From NCBI RefSeq assembly GCF_018977255.1, contig NW_024704742.1:127226001-127290000 (forward strand): a stretch of DNA of 64,000 nucleotides, read 5' to 3'. The DNA comes from Callorhinchus milii (taxonomy: Eukaryota). Both the position numbers and the translations under genes were made by a program. The notes beneath the pieces were generated by a model, which searched no databases, had not been told where the DNA came from, and saw nothing but the letters and a program-made list of their open reading frames with translations. Positions within the stretch are counted from its first letter, which is position 1. The number at the start of each line of letters is the position of its first letter. This document shows, one piece after another, positions 21,801-48,134 of this stretch.

Positions 21801-24511
21801 ACTCCCCATTTGCTCATCTACTAACTATCTTAAACCAATGCCCTCTCATTACTGACTAACCAACCAGTAGAAGTAATTTCTCCCTACTGACTCAATCAAA
21901 ATCCTCATAATTTTAAATACATCTATCAGGTCACCCCTCAACCTTCTTTGTTCCGGTAGGAAAAAGCCCCAGTTCCTCCAGTCTCTGCTCAGAAACCAAA
22001 CCATTTATCCCTAGTATAATTTAAGTAAATCCAAGGGATTTTTTTTGTTTTTAAAGTTTAAAGTATGGAAAGTTTTATTGCTGCGCTTGATGACATCTTG
22101 ACGTCTGATAATGCAGTTGAATTGATGGAAAAGGGCTAGAGGAACCTCATTCATTCAAATGAATATGCAGATCAGATAAAGGGAATGTAAGAGAGGGGGT
22201 GGGTTGCAGGGAAAAAAAAGCAACGGCAGCAATTGTACCAGAGATTAAAATATTAGGCAAGACAGAAGCTTGCTGTAATCCTCTGGCCAGGGAATGGTTT
22301 AAACGGCGTAGAGAAAGCAATGTTGTGTGTTGCACTTGTGGAGTCCCTGGGAGGGTTTGATTGACCATTCGTAAACTGGAAGCTTTCTATACAGTAGAGG
22401 CTGTGTGCAGAGTTAGCTGTTGATATATTGATGCCCTTCAAACAATATCACCCCAGTTCTTAAGACAAACATACCACATTCCAACACAATGATCCCCACT
22501 GCTTTTATACTTTACTTGTTGGTTAATTGCATGTTTTCGCCGTCAAGATATACAGTCAATGCACTTATATTCTGTAAAGGGCTATGAGACGTCTTGAAGG
22601 CATGATAAAATGCTATATCAAATGCAAGGATTATTATTATTGTGTCTCATTTTAACTAATGTTTACCTACACTTTTTGTCTGTTTACTCGAGTGCACTAA
22701 AATATTTCTGCTTTAATAATCCTTGCATTTGATACAGCGCCTTATCACGTCTTCGGGACATCTCAAAGCGCTTCACAGAAGATACAGTAAAGTGAACTTA
22801 CAATATTTTGAACACGGCAGCCAATTGCGCACAGCAGCATCCCACAAACTAGTGGTTTAAGTGACCAATTTATTATTTTTTAACCTCCTTTTCTTTAGAT
22901 AATCTCGAATCTGTATATCATCTGGTACAGCTCCTGTGGAAACTTGAAAGGAAGCAGGAAGCTGCCTCTTGTTGGCTAAAATTCCACAGTTCTGCCACAA
23001 GAGCATCAGACTCAGGAAAAAAGGGATATTGTGATCCTTTAACGTAAGTAAAGATAACTACAACATTTTTAGGTCCAACTGAGATTCTATTTGAACCAAG
23101 CACAACCCCAACCCCAAAGTTTTTTTTTCTTTAAATTTAGAAACATCGTACCTTTGACCCATTCTGCCTTCCCTCACCTATGGAAGATTGTTCACCTCTG
23201 CCACTACCTCTCCCCTCAGGCCGCTGTGGAGTCCTGTAGCTCAGTGGTTAGAGCACTCGCTTTGCAAGCGAGAGACCTGAGTTCAATTCCAGGCAGGGTG
23301 AAACCTTGGGCAAGTTTCCTTACTCCACACGCCTAATAATAATCCCTCCAAAAACCCAAAACAATAATAAATTGGTCATTTTCAATCTACGACTGTTTGT
23401 GGGACATTGCTGTGCGCAATTGGCTGCCGCGTTCGCCCACAAATATACAGTCAATTCACTTTACAGTGTGTTCTGTGAAGTGCTTTGGGACGTCCTCCTG
23501 ACGTGAAAAGCGCTATATCAAATGCAAGGATTATTATTATTATTATTAAAACCCTTATCCAAGCTTTCAATCACATCCACCCTTGACTATGCTAACTTCC
23601 TGCTTGCCAGACTTCCCAACTCGCCCTCCACAAGCTACAGATAATTCAGAACTTTGCAGCTTGTGTCCTCTCCTACTCCAGGCTCCGTGAATCTATTACC
23701 CCACCCTCGCCCGACCACTGGATCTCCAGTCCCCAGAGGATCAAGTTGAAGATCCTCGTCCTCACTTTTAAAGCTCTCCATGGTCTTGCTCCTCCCTACC
23801 TCTGCAACCTGCAGAGGTACTGACAAGCAGGACCATGGCTAAAACGTTACCAACCAAACCATTGCTCGGCAGGCACTGGCCTGCCCCACCATCAGCGGTC
23901 AGGCCTTCAGGCTCAGTGCCCCTACCTTCTGGAACTCAAACTCAGAGTCACTTTGGCTCCCTTCCCTTGCCTCCTTCAAGGTTCATCTTCCTCTTTAAAA
24001 TTCCTTCCAGCAATTACCTCCCAAACCTGTTTCCTCATAAGCTGTTAAATGAACATCTGCCTTTGATGTGGTGAAAATCACCTATAGGACAGCTTATGAC
24101 ATGCCAGCCACCTTGATGTTCTAGAGGGCCAATTTAAATGTCATTTACAAGGCTTACTCATGTGCAACTGCTGAATCCAGGTTCTCATACAAATGGCTTA
24201 GTGAAGATTCACACCTGCCATGAAGCCAATTTGCCCTGTAGGGTGATGGTGAGTGATGGATCAGTTCTGTCCCCCTCAGAAGCCATTTATCACACATCCA
24301 CTTAAAATCACCAAATCCACCGCAAATCACCCAAATCTTATTTTTTTCCAGAAAACTTCCTTTATTTCTCATTTCTCACTTGAAAGAAGTAACCAGTTCA
24401 GAGGAGGATGACTTTACTAAAAAGATACAGATGTACAACAGCCACTGGACTGAAGATCAACAAACTATACAATTTCTAAGACCCATACCTTCCTCTTTGG
24501 AAACTTTGTGA
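651..24511 (+). CDS. FANCG: Fanconi anemia group G protein (TPR protein), 5'-partial gene; join(651-850,5417-5579,6718-6848,9277-9423,9783-9952,10436-10502,13260-13624,19221-19270,21064-21231,22899-23043,24352-24511)
   Basis: All 11 exons have AG/GT boundaries with compatible phases and join into one open frame ending at TGA 24509-24511. Motifs [26 protein letters not shown] and KLPLFL resemble FANCG. The 131, 147 and 67 nt exons match human exons 6, 7 and 9 as I recall them. The gene lies directly upstream of VCP, as in human. Confidence 0.93.
1535..2830 (-). mobile_element. L2 LINE 3' fragment, interrupted by a SINE
   Basis: [13 protein letters not shown]...[14 protein letters not shown]; (TTG)n tail with stem-loop near 1535-1605; homologous to 3150-5237. 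Confidence 0.88.
2137..2420 (+). mobile_element. tRNA-Ala-derived SINE nested in L2
   Basis: Near-identical to the copies at 23228, 35199 and 42160; (ATT)n tail; possible TTATGA target-site duplication. Confidence 0.88.
3150..5237 (+). mobile_element. L2 LINE, 5'-truncated; reverse transcriptase ORF2 with one frameshift near 4242
   Basis: ORFs 3123-4319 and 4295-5068 contain [38 protein letters not shown] and LHWLP; 3' stem-loop and (TTG)n tail. Confidence 0.96.
5417..5579 (+). CDS. FANCG: FANCG exon 5 equivalent
   Basis: tgtaag|GGT...CGAG|gtactc; 163 nt; ...DLLQWIK...[15 protein letters not shown]. Confidence 0.82.
6718..6848 (+). CDS. FANCG: FANCG exon 6 equivalent
   Basis: ctag|GT...ATG|gtaata; 131 nt; ...[26 protein letters not shown]. 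Confidence 0.9.
8513..8945 (+). mobile_element. tRNA-head DeuSINE (SacSINE1/AmnSINE1-like core)
   Basis: A box TGGCTCAGTTTG and B box GGTTCAAGCCC; Deu-like core GATGAGATGTTAAACC...TGGCACTATTC; L2-type tail. Confidence 0.75.
9277..9423 (+). CDS. FANCG: FANCG exon 7 equivalent
   Basis: tttaag|GAC...ACG|gtgaag; 147 nt; [15 protein letters not shown]... (TPR-like). Confidence 0.9.
9783..9952 (+). CDS. FANCG: FANCG exon 8 equivalent
   Basis: cctag|GCT...AAG|gtattg; 170 nt; ...[14 protein letters not shown]. Confidence 0.88.
10436..10502 (+). CDS. FANCG: FANCG exon 9 equivalent
   Basis: ttaag|AGC...GAA|gtgagt; 67 nt; [12 protein letters not shown]. Confidence 0.92.
10790..11067 (-). mobile_element. 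tRNA-Ala SINE
   Basis: Reverse complement of the SINE head and body. Confidence 0.85.
11152..11425 (+). mobile_element. tRNA-Ala SINE (CGC-anticodon type)
   Basis: GGAGTCCCGTAGCTCAGTGG...CTCGCCTCGCAAGCGAG...GGTTCGATTCC. Confidence 0.9.
12515..12910 (+). mobile_element. DeuSINE copy, diverged
   Basis: Collinear similarity to 8513-8945 (GATAAGATGTTAAAC...GTGGATGTTAAA). Confidence 0.65.
13260..13624 (+). CDS. FANCG: FANCG exon 10 equivalent
   Basis: cgtag|ATT...CAG|gtgagt; 365 nt; [12 protein letters not shown]...[13 protein letters not shown]...EAITNFSR. Confidence 0.92.
13647..14370 (-). mobile_element. L2 LINE 3' fragment
   Basis: [17 protein letters not shown]; tail lies just downstream of the FANCG exon 10 donor. 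Confidence 0.85.
14750..18110 (+). mobile_element. L2 LINE ORF2 fragment, split by a CR1 insertion (L2 parts ~14750-14850 and 16727-18110)
   Basis: LVTQLSLL...SLSSGS | [15 protein letters not shown]...[10 protein letters not shown]...[10 protein letters not shown]...YVDD...LHWLP. Confidence 0.9.
14851..16726 (-). mobile_element. CR1 LINE, 5'-truncated, with frameshifted reverse transcriptase; 11-bp target-site duplication
   Basis: [50 protein letters not shown]; 3' end ...TTCTTATGTTCTT; flanked by CCTCAGGCTCT at 14840-14850 and 16727-16737. Confidence 0.96.
18425..18781 (+). mobile_element. tRNA-Ala SINE, long form, diverged
   Basis: SINE head, extra central segment (GTAGGAAC...GATTG), L2-like tail. 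Confidence 0.8.
19221..19270 (+). CDS. FANCG: FANCG exon 11 equivalent
   Basis: ccgtag|ATG...CAG|gtgagt; 50 nt; (R)CLNLLLKVQ. Confidence 0.88.
21038..21038. other. single N (assembly gap or ambiguous base)
   Basis: N in cagacatNaa, 26 nt upstream of FANCG exon 12. Confidence 0.99.
21064..21231 (+). CDS. FANCG: FANCG exon 12 equivalent
   Basis: ttacag|GA...CCTG|gtaggt; 168 nt; [13 protein letters not shown]...[14 protein letters not shown]. Confidence 0.9.
21500..22030 (-). mobile_element. CR1 3' fragment with an inserted L2 tail (+, ~21668-21731)
   Basis: [10 protein letters not shown]...FKRELD on the minus strand; GGGACGTCCTCCTGACGTGAAAGG...(TTG)n inside it. Confidence 0.75.
22899..23043 (+). 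CDS. FANCG: FANCG exon 13 equivalent
   Basis: ctttag|AT...AAC|gtaagt; 145 nt; [20 protein letters not shown]. Confidence 0.9.
23228..23548 (+). mobile_element. tRNA-Ala SINE (TGC-anticodon type), full length, nested in an L2 fragment (~23140-23990)
   Basis: Intact A and B boxes; (ATT)n tail; the flanks rejoin as L2 [15 protein letters not shown]. Confidence 0.92.
24352..24511 (+). CDS. FANCG: FANCG terminal exon (14 equivalent), coding part
   Basis: ttccag|A AAA CTT CCT...[16 protein letters not shown]...ETL*. Confidence 0.85.
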
Positions 24512-24699
24512 ACTGTCCAGAACTCTTTCAAGAAAAACTGTGGACAATGTAGTGAAGGAACAGTTACATAACCAGAAAGAAGACTTGAATGTGTAATTGA
24601 ATGACATCCAACAGATAAGTGTTTCCATAACTTACCCAGGACCTGATCTTTTTGTGAAGAAGGATTATTATCATTATACTTTATGCAGCAGAGCTGAAA

Positions 24700-24850
24700 A
24701 ATAAACAGTCTTGAAGTAACTACAATAGCTGCACCAGATACAAGTACATTTTGTTGCTTTGAAGCAACTTTTTAAACCTACTTATTAAGTTGAATGAGCC
24801 AGTTTGAAATTGTTATAAGCATTTTTATAAATTTATGTTTGTTTATTAAA
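24700..24850 (+). terminator. candidate FANCG polyadenylation signals
   Basis: AATAAA at 24700-24705 and ATTAAA at 24845-24850, downstream of the stop codon. Confidence 0.45.
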
Positions 24851-25745
24851 TCCCAAATTACACTGTCTGAAACATGCAGATTATCCTAAGTTTCAAAGAG
24901 AACTATCTCTCTGTCTCTGACTCTCTTGTGTATATATATATGTGTATATATAATACATGTACTGTATATGTATTAAGAAATGACATCTCTGTATAAAAAT
25001 AGGTGTCACTGCTCAAGGTTTACTAATAAGAAGTGACAAACGACTGTTTGTGGGACACTGCTGTGTGCAATGGGCTGCCACGTTTCACCCACAAAATATA
25101 AATTCAATTCACTTTACAGTATATTCTGTAAAGCGCTTTGAGACGTCTTAAAAAGACGTGATAGGGCGCTATATCAATATGATATTAGTGCCTTAGCATG
25201 TTACCAAAACATCTCGAACCCCTTCCGTATGATTTTACTGTAAAGTGTAGTGACTATTTATAAGAGACTGAAGCAGCTGATTTGCGCACAGCAATGATGA
25301 GAATAGATTTCACCACAATTTATTAATGACATTTTAGTGTCTTAGAGAGTTCTGACAATTTAAATTTGTGTTGTGACTCATTTCTGTCAACTACATCAGA
25401 TCTAAATTACAAAATCACCTTATGATTAAATGCTCATGGAGATTTTGAAATTGAACATAGACATTCTACATTATTCATCACTCTCTGTAAAGTAGACTGG
25501 ATCATTGCAGAAAACAAAAACATTTTAGATTATTCCTTGGTCAGCAGAGTAAATTGCATTCTGCCCTTTCCCACTGGGGACCTCTTTATTTCTTATTTAT
25601 TTTCCAGTTCATTTAACTCTTATGAAATGTTTTAAAAAGTTTTTTTTGGCAACTATGGAGTTCTGTAGTTCAGTGGTCAGTAAAGTGCTCTGGGACCCTA
25701 CCCAGCGTGGAGGGTGTTGTATAAGTGCTTGTTGTTTTTGGTCAT

Positions 25746-26045
25746 GGAGTCCTGTAGTTCAGTGGTTAGAAAACTCGCCTCGCAAGCGAGAGACCTGGGT
25801 TCGATTCCCTGCAGGGCGAAACCTTGGGCAAGTTTCCTTACTCCACACACCTAATAATGCCTCAAGAAAAAAAATAATAATTTGGTCATTTCAATCCACG
25901 ACTGTTTGTGGGACACTGCTGTGCGCAAATGGCTGCCACGTTTCGCCCACAAATATACAGTCAATGCACTTTACATTATATTCTGTGAAGCGCTTTGAGA
26001 CGTCTAGAAGACATGCAATGCATCAAATGCAAAGATTATTATTAT
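25746..26045 (+). mobile_element. tRNA-Ala SINE (CGC type)
   Basis: Head and body similarity to the other copies; a second head fragment lies at ~25657-25680. Confidence 0.88.
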
Positions 26046-26480
26046 TTAGGATTATTTATATTCATATAATTTTTTTTGTTCAATTTTAGTAATTCATCCA
26101 TTGAAATATCTCAGTTATCTCCTGGTGCCTGAACTCTGAATGTTGTATAACTTTCAGTGATCCTGATAAGATAGTATTTCACCACTACAATAGTTAAAAT
26201 TGATCAGATATTCAACATTTTGGGAATATGCTGACATAAAAATTCAGAATCTAATCTGTTTTCAAGGTGTAGAAATAATGATTGTGTACCAGCTGTTTGC
26301 ATTGGGTGTCAGCCACATATCCTGAAGACACTATGCTTGCACATGTAAATGGATGAATGCTTTTACATAATAGAAATGTAGAGTGAAGATCCAATGCCAT
26401 GATAAAACAGTGAGTTATATCAAGTGTTCTGTACGCACAAGACTTTAGGCTATAATAGCTAGAATTATAATAACAGCTAT

Positions 26481-26920
26481 TTATAATAAAATAATCCTTG
26501 CATTTGATATAGCACTTTTCATGTCAGAGGACATCTCAAAGAGCTTCACAGGATTTACTGTAAAATGTACTGACTGTAGGCGAAAGTCGTAGCCATTTGC
26601 GCACAGCAGTGTCTCACAAACAGTTATGAAGTGAAACACCAATTTTATTTGGAGGATTGCTAACAGGGACACTCCCTTTTTTGAATTGTACAGTATCGTG
26701 GAATCATTAACATCCACCTGAACAGGCAAACAAACTCTACATTTCTATCACTTTAATGTCTCACCCGAAAGACGACACCTCCAACAATGCAGCAACCTCA
26801 GCACTGCATTGGACAATTTTGTCAATCTAGACTATGTGACTTCAATGTCTTGACGTGTGGATTGAAGCCCAACTCTCTAACTCAGAGGCAAGAGTCGTAC
26901 TAACTGAAACAAGCTGACAT
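26481..26920 (-). mobile_element. DeuSINE copy
   Basis: Reverse-complement similarity to 8513-8945. Confidence 0.7.
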
Positions 26921-27199
26921 CTACTAAGTATATATTTCTCCAACTGTATTTATAGCTGTCAAATATTATGTATTGGTAATGTTTACACTATCCTATGTAA
27001 CCTTTTGAAGTTATAAAACAACACTTAGCTTCTTATGAAGTTTGGAACACTGAGGGAAATTATTTAGCATACTTTGTTAATGATTGTTTAAGCAAATGAT
27101 TGTTGTCTCATTGGGAACTCAAAAGTTCTATGGTAATATTTTTACTTGCCACAGCTTCACATGCAACATCTACGTGCAACAATTGCTTGGTGTGTTTTC

Positions 27200-27610
27200 A
27201 ACAAATTGCATTTATATAGTGCTTTTCAGGTCGGGAGGACATCCCAAGACGCTGGACAGTCAAAGGTTTGCAACCGAGCTATTGACTGGAATCAAGAGGG
27301 GTGGAGGACAAGAGGATAGTGTTGGAAAGATGACCAAAGTCACAGTTGAAGAGGAAGGTCTTGAGTCAGGACTTGAAAGAGGCAAGGTGGAGGTACTCGG
27401 GATGGAGTTCAAGAGAGTAGGTGCAGAAAGGCTAAAGACTGACCTCTGATGGTTGTGCAGGCAGATGGGAGCGTATGGAGCAGGCCAGTAAACCCTGAGC
27501 AGAGGGAACGGACAGGTTGGTAGGGTTTTAGGAGGTCACAGAAGTGTAGGACGAATCAAGACCGTGGAGGATAAGCTTTAAAGGTGAGGACAAGAATTGT
27601 CAACTTGACA
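27200..27610 (-). mobile_element. L2 3' fragment
   Basis: Tail stem-loop and similarity to 1535-2000. Confidence 0.7.
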
Positions 27611-27839
27611 TTATCCATAAGTTGTACAAAGCTTAACTTAATGGTCAAAATTATTAACCAAGTGACAAAGTTATCAGGAGTTTACTGTCGCTCCATCTGG
27701 ACATATGTGCCTTAGTCCTGGGTTCAAATCTGACTTTTTTCTAGTGGTTATGGTTATCAAATTCCAACCTTGGTGGCCATATTTTACTGGACCACAGAAC
27801 AAGTTGGCAACATTTGATCAATAGACAGTTTATGTGGAT

Positions 27840-28050
27840 TAAGTGGCCAAATTATTTTTAAAATTTTTGAAGGAATTATTACCCCTGGAAAAGTGATCCA
27901 CCAATCGACTCCCAACTGGGTTTCTACTTACTGTTAGGTAAACAGAGATGTGTGGAGTAAGGAAACGTGCCTAAGGTTTCGCCCTGCCTGGAAATGGAAC
28001 CCAGCTCCTCTCGTTTGTGAGTCGAGTGCTCTAACCAATATGCTCCAGGG
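27840..28050 (-). mobile_element. tRNA-Ala SINE, long form, diverged
   Basis: Reverse-complement head (GTGCTCTAACCA, GGAGTAAGGAAAC). Confidence 0.75.
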
Positions 28051-28981
28051 TTTCTGGTAATGTTGAGAAAGCACTCTATGTGCTGTAAGCATTAAGGATT
28101 AATAGTGACATCTGCTATTTTGGATCCCTGACTTCATTGAAACCACATGTGAGTTACGCCAGTTCACTTGTCAAAATATTTGTTCTGTTCCCCATCTCCC
28201 AGTGCAGTAGTATATTTATCTCTCCATAATTTGCATGATGTATTATAATCAATGACCACAATGTCATGTGAAACTCACCTGAAACTGCATTGCTAAAATT
28301 TCCTTAATGAAGTTAACCTTCATATATGTTCCTGTACCAACTAAATACAAAACAGTTTAACCTTTTATAGTGGAATTTCTCTCATTGATGGAAGAACCTG
28401 CAAATCTCAGGATGTATTAAAACATCAATGTATGTTCAAGTAAACTTTATGCATACATGACGAAGAAGGGTACTGATGAGAGGAACAGGAAGGGTGAAGC
28501 TTGTGTGGTATATCACGTACGAGTGGGCCAAATGGCCTGTTTCCATGCTGTATCATTCTATGTAAATAGATTTTTGGTCAGTTAGAAATCTGCTAAAGGA
28601 TATATAAACCAGACTACAAATGCATACCAACATGTAAATTTGATTGTGTCTGGAATGGAATGTACACTTTCTTCCTGGATTGACTCACCCTGTTTATCTA
28701 ATTCTAGAAAGTATTATATGCAAATTGCCAAACGCCAGGACGTGAGGACCTCAGTGTGTGATGGGAGTACTGTGGAATTTAACTAGCATAAACTGTAATG
28801 TCACTGAAGTTAGCACAGAAGAATGAATGAACTTTTTTGGACACACGTGTCTTATACACAAGAAGCCTAATCTGCATTGAGACTTTACGATCGTTGAAGG
28901 GATGAGAACGACCAGAATGCAATGTGCCCTTTCGCAGTATGATCCTAAAGGGCAGTGTCCAAGTAAAAGTTGGTGTTCACC

Positions 28982-29165
28982 ACAACAACAACAACAAGAT
29001 TTCATTTATAGAGTGCTTTTCACGTCGGGAGGACGTCCCAAGGCGCTGGACAGTTGGGTCGGGACCCGAGCAGGGGGGGAAATGGTCAGGGGGAGGGAAG
29101 GGAGGGAGAGAGGAGGGGGTAGAGAGTTGAGAGGGGAGCTGAAGGCTCGGTCAAAGAGAAAACCC
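28982..29165 (-). mobile_element. young L2 3' end
   Basis: Nearly identical to 4985-5215 ([11 protein letters not shown]), with a (TTG)n tail. Confidence 0.9.
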
Positions 29166-29353
29166 GGGATACCAACATGAGGGAGCTGGTCCATTTGCTT
29201 TTTAGAGTTTCTGGTAATCTATTTTGCCATAAAATAATAGTCACTTTACAGTACATTCTGCGAAGAGCTTTGAGACGTCTCAACGACGTGATAAGGCGCT
29301 GAATCAAATGGGAGGATCATTACGAATTACCGATTACCAAATTTGATCCACGG

Positions 29354-29661
29354 AGAAGAGGGCAGGGGAGGGGGGGGGGGGGAGAGGAGGGGAAAAGGAG
29401 AAGAGGCGGGGGAGGAGAGGGGAGAGGGGGGGAAAAGGAGAAGGGGGGAGGGGGAAAGGAGAGGGGAGGAAAGGAGAAGAGGGGAAAAGGGGAGGTGGGG
29501 AGAGAGGGGGGGAAGGGGAAGGGAGAGAGGGGGGAAAGGAAAGAGGGGAGGGGGGAGAAGGAGAGGGGGAGGGAGAGAGATGGGGGGAGGGGAGGAGAGG
29601 GGAGAGGGGGAGGGGAGGAGAGGAGGTGAAGGAGAGGGGGAGGAGAGAGGGAGGTGAAGGA
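29354..29661 (+). repeat. ~305-bp polypurine (G/A) low-complexity tract
   Basis: Almost entirely G and A, with many G3-G5 runs and only a handful of C/T; directly upstream of the VCP promoter. Confidence 0.95.
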
Positions 29662-29983
29662 GTAGCTCCGCCTCCAATGCTGCTGTGGGGCGGGGCTTGG
29701 CCGGTGACGCGGCTGTTGCTGGAGAAGGTTCTGGATTGGGCAGCCTCGTTGTGAGCCTCGAGTGACGTCGGCCTCGCGCTGTGAGACGGGATCCGCAGGA
29801 GGAGGAGGTTTTTACTACCGGTGTCGGAGCTCGAGGGTGGCAGCCAGTCAGCGAGCGGCGGCAGAGAGGGAGCGGCAGACATTACACACCGAGCGACGGA
29901 GTGACTGGACGAGCAGCGGAGACGGTCGTCTCGTTTGAAGAGCGAAGGAGGAGAAACAAAGCGCGCAGACTCACTCACCAACA

Positions 29984-47701
<17,718 letters not shown>

Positions 47702-48099
47702 CCTGCATAGTGGACCAAATCTGACCAGGCCAAGTTGTACAATTTCCATTTCTTGGACTGTTGCTTCTCTCTCTTTCTTTCCCCTCAGTCTAGTCAGAGA
47801 AGGGTGTGCAGCTTGTCAGTACTCTGGTACAGGGGTTTCTTCTAATGAACCTATTCTTGATGTTGGATGTGAAGTTAACTGTTAAATCACTGCAAAGTAG
47901 TCCATGACTACCTTCTGGGAAACTTCTGTTCTAATTGATGAGGCAGATTCAGCAGCTTTTGCAGTGGATATAACTGTAGCCTGAAAAAATACAAAATGCT
48001 TATGGAACTTCATTTTTTTTATTTCAGTAGGTGACATATGATAAATGTACACGTTTGAATAAGACTTGAAATGTTAAGAATCTTAATATGAACTGATAT

Positions 48100-48134
48100 A
48101 ATAAATACTGAATTGTTGCACCTCCAAAATTAAA
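48100..48134 (+). terminator. candidate VCP polyadenylation signals
   Basis: AATAAA 48100-48105 and ATTAAA 48129-48134, followed by GT-rich sequence (tgtgtgttg). Confidence 0.6.

Noticed and set aside
23228..23300. tRNA-Ala gene (also at 11152, 25746, 35199, 42160, 62641)
   Set aside because: It has A/B boxes and an anticodon arm, but no proper acceptor stem, and it continues into a shared SINE body and (ATT)n tail. These are SINE heads.
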